Origin: Methanosarcinales archaeon
Lineage (GTDB): Archaea; Halobacteriota; Syntropharchaeia; Alkanophagales; Methanospirareceae
Assembly (NCBI GenBank): GCA_030611585.1
Contig: JAUWPM010000003.1
Location: 1-51,236, forward strand
Direction of reading: 5' to 3'
Length of the DNA: 51,236 nt
Position 1 is the stretch's first letter; every line of letters starts with the position of its first letter. The position numbers and the translations under genes are program-made. Of the stretch, positions 47,666-51,236 are shown one piece after another. The notes below the pieces were generated by a model, which worked only from the letters and a program-made list of their open reading frames with translations, had not been told where the DNA came from and searched no databases.

Positions 47666-48739
47666 ATGAGAGTATGCAAACTGAAGCCAAAGGCGCATTT
47701 TCATCTTGGCGAGAAGGAGACGATTTTGGAGAAGACATCTGATTACATACATTCTGATACCTTATTCAGCGCTATTTGTAACGCATACAGATTGCTTTAC
47801 GGTAACGAAGAACTTGAGACTATGTTAGAAGGATTTATGCGGCATGAGCCACCATTTTTATTCTCTTCTGCTTTTGTGTACGCAGACGATATATTAGTGC
47901 TCCCTTTACCATTATCCGTAGACTGGGATAAATATATGGATAGAGAAGTAATAGAAGGACTAAATGCAGAGAGAAAAGAGACGGATAAGATAGACAGATT
48001 TGACCTTCTAAAAAGGTTAAAGCGGGTGAAATTTGTTTCCGAGCGTATTTTCCGGGACTTGACAAAGGATGAGCGTAGGATAAAGGAATATATTAACGAT
48101 AGGAACATCATCCAAGGCATCCTTTTTACTGATGAAGAAGTAGAAGGATTAAGAAAGCAATTTGATGTGCGAGAAAATAAGGATATAAAAATTTGGAGAG
48201 AACGAGAAGTCCCAAGGGTTGCAATAGATAGAAAAACAAATTCATCACATATTTATCATTTTGGTGAAGTATCATTTGCAACGGATTGTGGACTTTATTT
48301 CCTGATGGATTCGCGGCTGAAAGAATACGAGAAAAGAGTAGAGGCAACCATAAGAGTGCTTGGAGACGAAGGAATCGGCGGAGACCGAACTTACGGTAAA
48401 GGATTGTTTAAACCGGAATTTGACGAGATAGAAGTGAATATGGAACCAAAGAATCACTTTGTTACGCTTTCGTTATTTTATCCGCAGGAAGAGGAACTAT
48501 CCAAGCTAAAAGGCAGATACTACGAGTTGATAACCAGAGGAGGCTGGATTTACTCGATGGATGCGAAGAATCTGAGGCGTAGAACAGTGAGGATGTTCTC
48601 AGAGGGCTCGGTGTTTAGCACAGAGTCTAACTCGGGATTGTATGGCGGTTTAGCTGACGTTAAGCCTGAGGAATTTGCAGAACATGAGGTTTATAGATAT
48701 GGATATGCGTTTGCAGTACCGATGGAGGTGAGCGAATGA
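47666..48739 (+). CDS. csm4: Type III-A RAMP Csm4
   Basis: HSDTLFSA, FSSAF, PRVAIDR, GIGGDRTYGKG, MFSEGSVF. Confidence 0.95.
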   Translation: MRVCKLKPKAHFHLGEKETILEKTSDYIHSDTLFSAICNAYRLLYGNEELETMLEGFMRHEPPFLFSSAFVYADDILVLPLPLSVDWDKYMDREVIEGLNAERKETDKIDRFDLLKRLKRVKFVSERIFRDLTKDERRIKEYINDRNIIQGILFTDEEVEGLRKQFDVRENKDIKIWREREVPRVAIDRKTNSSHIYHFGEVSFATDCGLYFLMDSRLKEYEKRVEATIRVLGDEGIGGDRTYGKGLFKPEFDEIEVNMEPKNHFVTLSLFYPQEEELSKLKGRYYELITRGGWIYSMDAKNLRRRTVRMFSEGSVFSTESNSGLYGGLADVKPEEFAEHEVYRYGYAFAVPMEVSE

Positions 48740-50010
48740 GATATGAGTTAGAGGTGATCTCTCCGGTTCACGTAGGTAGTGGCAGGACAATAAGCCCGAT
48801 TGAGTACGTTGTAGAGGACAATTTTTATCGTGTAGATATGGACATGCTTTTTGAGGATGATAGATTTGATGCAGAGGGATTTATCGAAGATGCAAAGGGA
48901 GGAGCATTTTATCTTGGAAGATTCGCACCAGAGCTTGCGATGGAGCATGTTAGATATAGTTTAGATATTTCGAATTCTGTGAAAAATAATCTTTGTAAAT
49001 CGGTTTATCATCCAAGTGGAGAGATAAGAGAATTCATTAAGACCAAAGATTTGCCATATATTCCCGGTAGTTCAATGAAAGGTGCATTAAGAACTGCAAT
49101 GTTATGGAAAGCATTAAAAGATCCGCAAATATTCCAAGAAGCAAAAGATATCATAAGAGAACAGGGTAAAGTAAATCCAAAAAATGCGGGTGAAGGAATA
49201 GAAAAGCTTGTTTTTGGTAGAAATCCAAACTATGATTTACTAAGAGCATTACAAGTTTCTGATAGCCAAATAACAACGATGAATAACCTTGAATTATCAA
49301 AAGTAGTAATATTAAGCGATACAAGAGAGGGATATGGATGGAAGACGTTCCGAGGAAGAAGGTCATTTATAAATACCAATTATGAAGATGCCACACCTAT
49401 TTTTATCGAAGCATTGAAGCCAAGGAGTACATTGACAGGGACATTAAAGATAGATAATTGGCTTTTACGCGAAGAGGAAGAAGAGATAGCAAAAGAGCTG
49501 GAATTTAATGGCAAGCAATACTTGGTAGAAGATATTGCAAAGAATTGTAAAGAATTCGCTAAGGATTTTATTGCGGGAGAATTAGCGTTTTTGGAGCGAT
49601 ATAGAAGTGGTACGTTAAGGAAAGTGGTAGAATTCTATATGACGCTTCGAGAGGAGTTAAATAAGTTATCAGAAAATGAATTATTGCTCCCTATTTCATG
49701 GGGCTCGGGTTGGCATGGCATGACCATTGGGAACTTATTTGATGTAGAAAAGCTACGCAGAAATTTTGATTTGGGAAAGAATATCAAAAGAAGCGTTTGC
49801 AAAAAGTGCAATTCGGAATTAGTAAAAGAGAGGCCAAGTGATAGATTCTATGACTATTGCCCAAACTGCAGAAAGCACATAAGAAGAAATGAACAATATC
49901 AAAAAATAGTGAAAATGATCTGGCCGTTCCCGAAAACACGCCGATTAGTATTTGAAAATGGCAAACCGACATATCCTCTTGGGTGGGTAAAACTAAGCAT
50001 TGGAGATTGA
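48736..50010 (+). CDS. csm5: Type III-A RAMP Csm5
   Basis: SPVHVGSG, PYIPGSSMKGALRTA, LQVSDS, WGSGW, FPKTRR, PLGWV. Confidence 0.93.
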   Translation: MRYELEVISPVHVGSGRTISPIEYVVEDNFYRVDMDMLFEDDRFDAEGFIEDAKGGAFYLGRFAPELAMEHVRYSLDISNSVKNNLCKSVYHPSGEIREFIKTKDLPYIPGSSMKGALRTAMLWKALKDPQIFQEAKDIIREQGKVNPKNAGEGIEKLVFGRNPNYDLLRALQVSDSQITTMNNLELSKVVILSDTREGYGWKTFRGRRSFINTNYEDATPIFIEALKPRSTLTGTLKIDNWLLREEEEEIAKELEFNGKQYLVEDIAKNCKEFAKDFIAGELAFLERYRSGTLRKVVEFYMTLREELNKLSENELLLPISWGSGWHGMTIGNLFDVEKLRRNFDLGKNIKRSVCKKCNSELVKERPSDRFYDYCPNCRKHIRRNEQYQKIVKMIWPFPKTRRLVFENGKPTYPLGWVKLSIGD

Positions 50011-50011
50011 G

Positions 50012-51236
50012 ATGAAAAAAGCAATGATTATCTCTGTTGGTGGAACGCCAGAACCAATAATAAAAAGCATTAATACTTACTCCCCGGATATAGCTTATTT
50101 TATGCCATCACAATCGTCTATAACACAGATAGGCGAAATTACAGCGAAAACAAGTATCTCACCATCACAGATCAAAACAAAAATTTTGGACGATCATCAA
50201 AGTCTTGTCAGTGCATTTAAAACTGCATCGGAGATAATAAAAGAGCTAAAGGAAGACTATGAGATCTGGATAGATTACACAGGCGGGACAAAGAGCATGT
50301 CTGCGGGTTTGGTAATTGCAGGGCTTAACGAAGGCTGTAAATTTGTTTATGTCGGTGCGGTTAATGATAGGGGTAGGAATAAAGAAGGATTGGGCATTGT
50401 TAAAGATGGTTTTGAAGACGTTCTACCACAGGCGAATCCGTATGAACTATTTGCGAAACCTGAGATCGGTAGGGCAATTGATTTCTTTAACAGCTATCAG
50501 TTTGCTGCTGCTTTGAGCAATTTCGATTCCGCGCTTGAGAAAATCCAGGATGAGGGAGAAAAGGAAAGATTACGAATATTGCGTGAATTAACCGATGCCT
50601 ACTCGTCATGGGATAAGTTTAAGGTTCTTAAAAGCAAAAAGGCGAGCCTCATTAACATTCTTGATAAGAACATGTCTGACCTGAGAAAAATATACAAAAT
50701 ATCAGGAGAGAAAGAGCCAGATTTTGTCAAACAAATAGAGAAAAACATAGCATTTTTGAAATTGCGATTTGGAGATGTAAGATACGCCATAGTAGACCTC
50801 TTAAACAACGCATCGCGCCGAATAGAAGAGGGGAAATATGACGATGCGGTAGCAAGGCTTTATCGAGCAATTGAACTGATTTCGCAGATTAAATTAGCAG
50901 AAGAAGGCTTGAATGATTTATCCGAGAAGAAATTTACGATGGATGACCTGAAAGGTAGAAAGGTGGATATAAGTAGATATGAAAAATATGCAGATGATAA
51001 AGGGAGATTAAAGCTTGGCTTGGAGAACAAATTTAAATTATTGAAAGATCTGGGCTGGAAAGAAGCAGATACAGTGTATTTGGAGAATAACGAATTAAAA
51101 AACCTTCTCCGGAAGCGTAACAACTCGATCTTAGCACATGGTTTGGAGCCGGTGGACAAGGCTACTGCTGAAGATTTATTTGAGAAGGTGCGGGAGTATG
51201 CTACAATTGTTCTTCCAGAGCTGGACGATCTGATGG
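50012..51236 (+). CDS. CARF-HEPN ancillary ribonuclease (TIGR02710 / Csm6-like), 3' end outside the window
   Basis: Not in the ORF track. Hand translation gives MKKAMIISVGGTPEPI...IDYTGGTKSMSAG (CARF)...YDDAVARLYRAIE...RKRNNSILAHG (HEPN R-x-H motif). Confidence 0.92.
   Translation, partial: MKKAMIISVGGTPEPIIKSINTYSPDIAYFMPSQSSITQIGEITAKTSISPSQIKTKILDDHQSLVSAFKTASEIIKELKEDYEIWIDYTGGTKSMSAGLVIAGLNEGCKFVYVGAVNDRGRNKEGLGIVKDGFEDVLPQANPYELFAKPEIGRAIDFFNSYQFAAALSNFDSALEKIQDEGEKERLRILRELTDAYSSWDKFKVLKSKKASLINILDKNMSDLRKIYKISGEKEPDFVKQIEKNIAFLKLRFGDVRYAIVDLLNNASRRIEEGKYDDAVARLYRAIELISQIKLAEEGLNDLSEKKFTMDDLKGRKVDISRYEKYADDKGRLKLGLENKFKLLKDLGWKEADTVYLENNELKNLLRKRNNSILAHGLEPVDKATAEDLFEKVREYATIVLPELDDLM

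Noticed and set aside
43840-51236. CRISPR array near the csm genes
   Set aside because: I found no regularly spaced 24-47 bp direct repeats with unique spacers anywhere in the window.

Overview
Archaeal chromosomal window, most likely from a methanogen-related euryarchaeote such as ANME-1/Methanophagales (inferred from gene content, not proven). Left to right it holds: a partial sugar-phosphate nucleotidyltransferase, pantoate kinase, a kleisin-like + kite-like gene pair with no SMC gene in view, a large DUF11-repeat surface protein, tandem YbjQ genes, Yip1, endA, alaS, trkA/trkH and the SRP (7S) RNA. Next is a ~19 kb alpha-glucan/glycogen island: three GT4 enzymes, an NDP-sugar synthase, two GH57, GH15, a debranching enzyme, a GalT-like HIT enzyme and PGK. 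The island also carries regulators: a divergent TFB, roadblock, RHH-like, CBS and wHTH proteins, three DUF5752-like domains and a truncated dual-specificity phosphatase. After it come a decayed helicase with a Fic gene, tatC/tatC/tatA, an operon of beta-RFAP synthase plus two DUF1464 ASKHA-fold paralogs, and a type III-A CRISPR effector operon (cas10-csm2-csm3-csm4-csm5 plus a CARF-HEPN nuclease that runs off the end; no array in the window). Several intergenic regions at gene 3' ends contain nested, modular palindromic repeats. The best candidates for undescribed biology are the glycogen island with its own TFB and DUF5752 modules, the mptG-DUF1464x2 operon, the orphan kleisin-kite pair and the nested repeat family. 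All family assignments come from motif recognition by eye; no database search was run.
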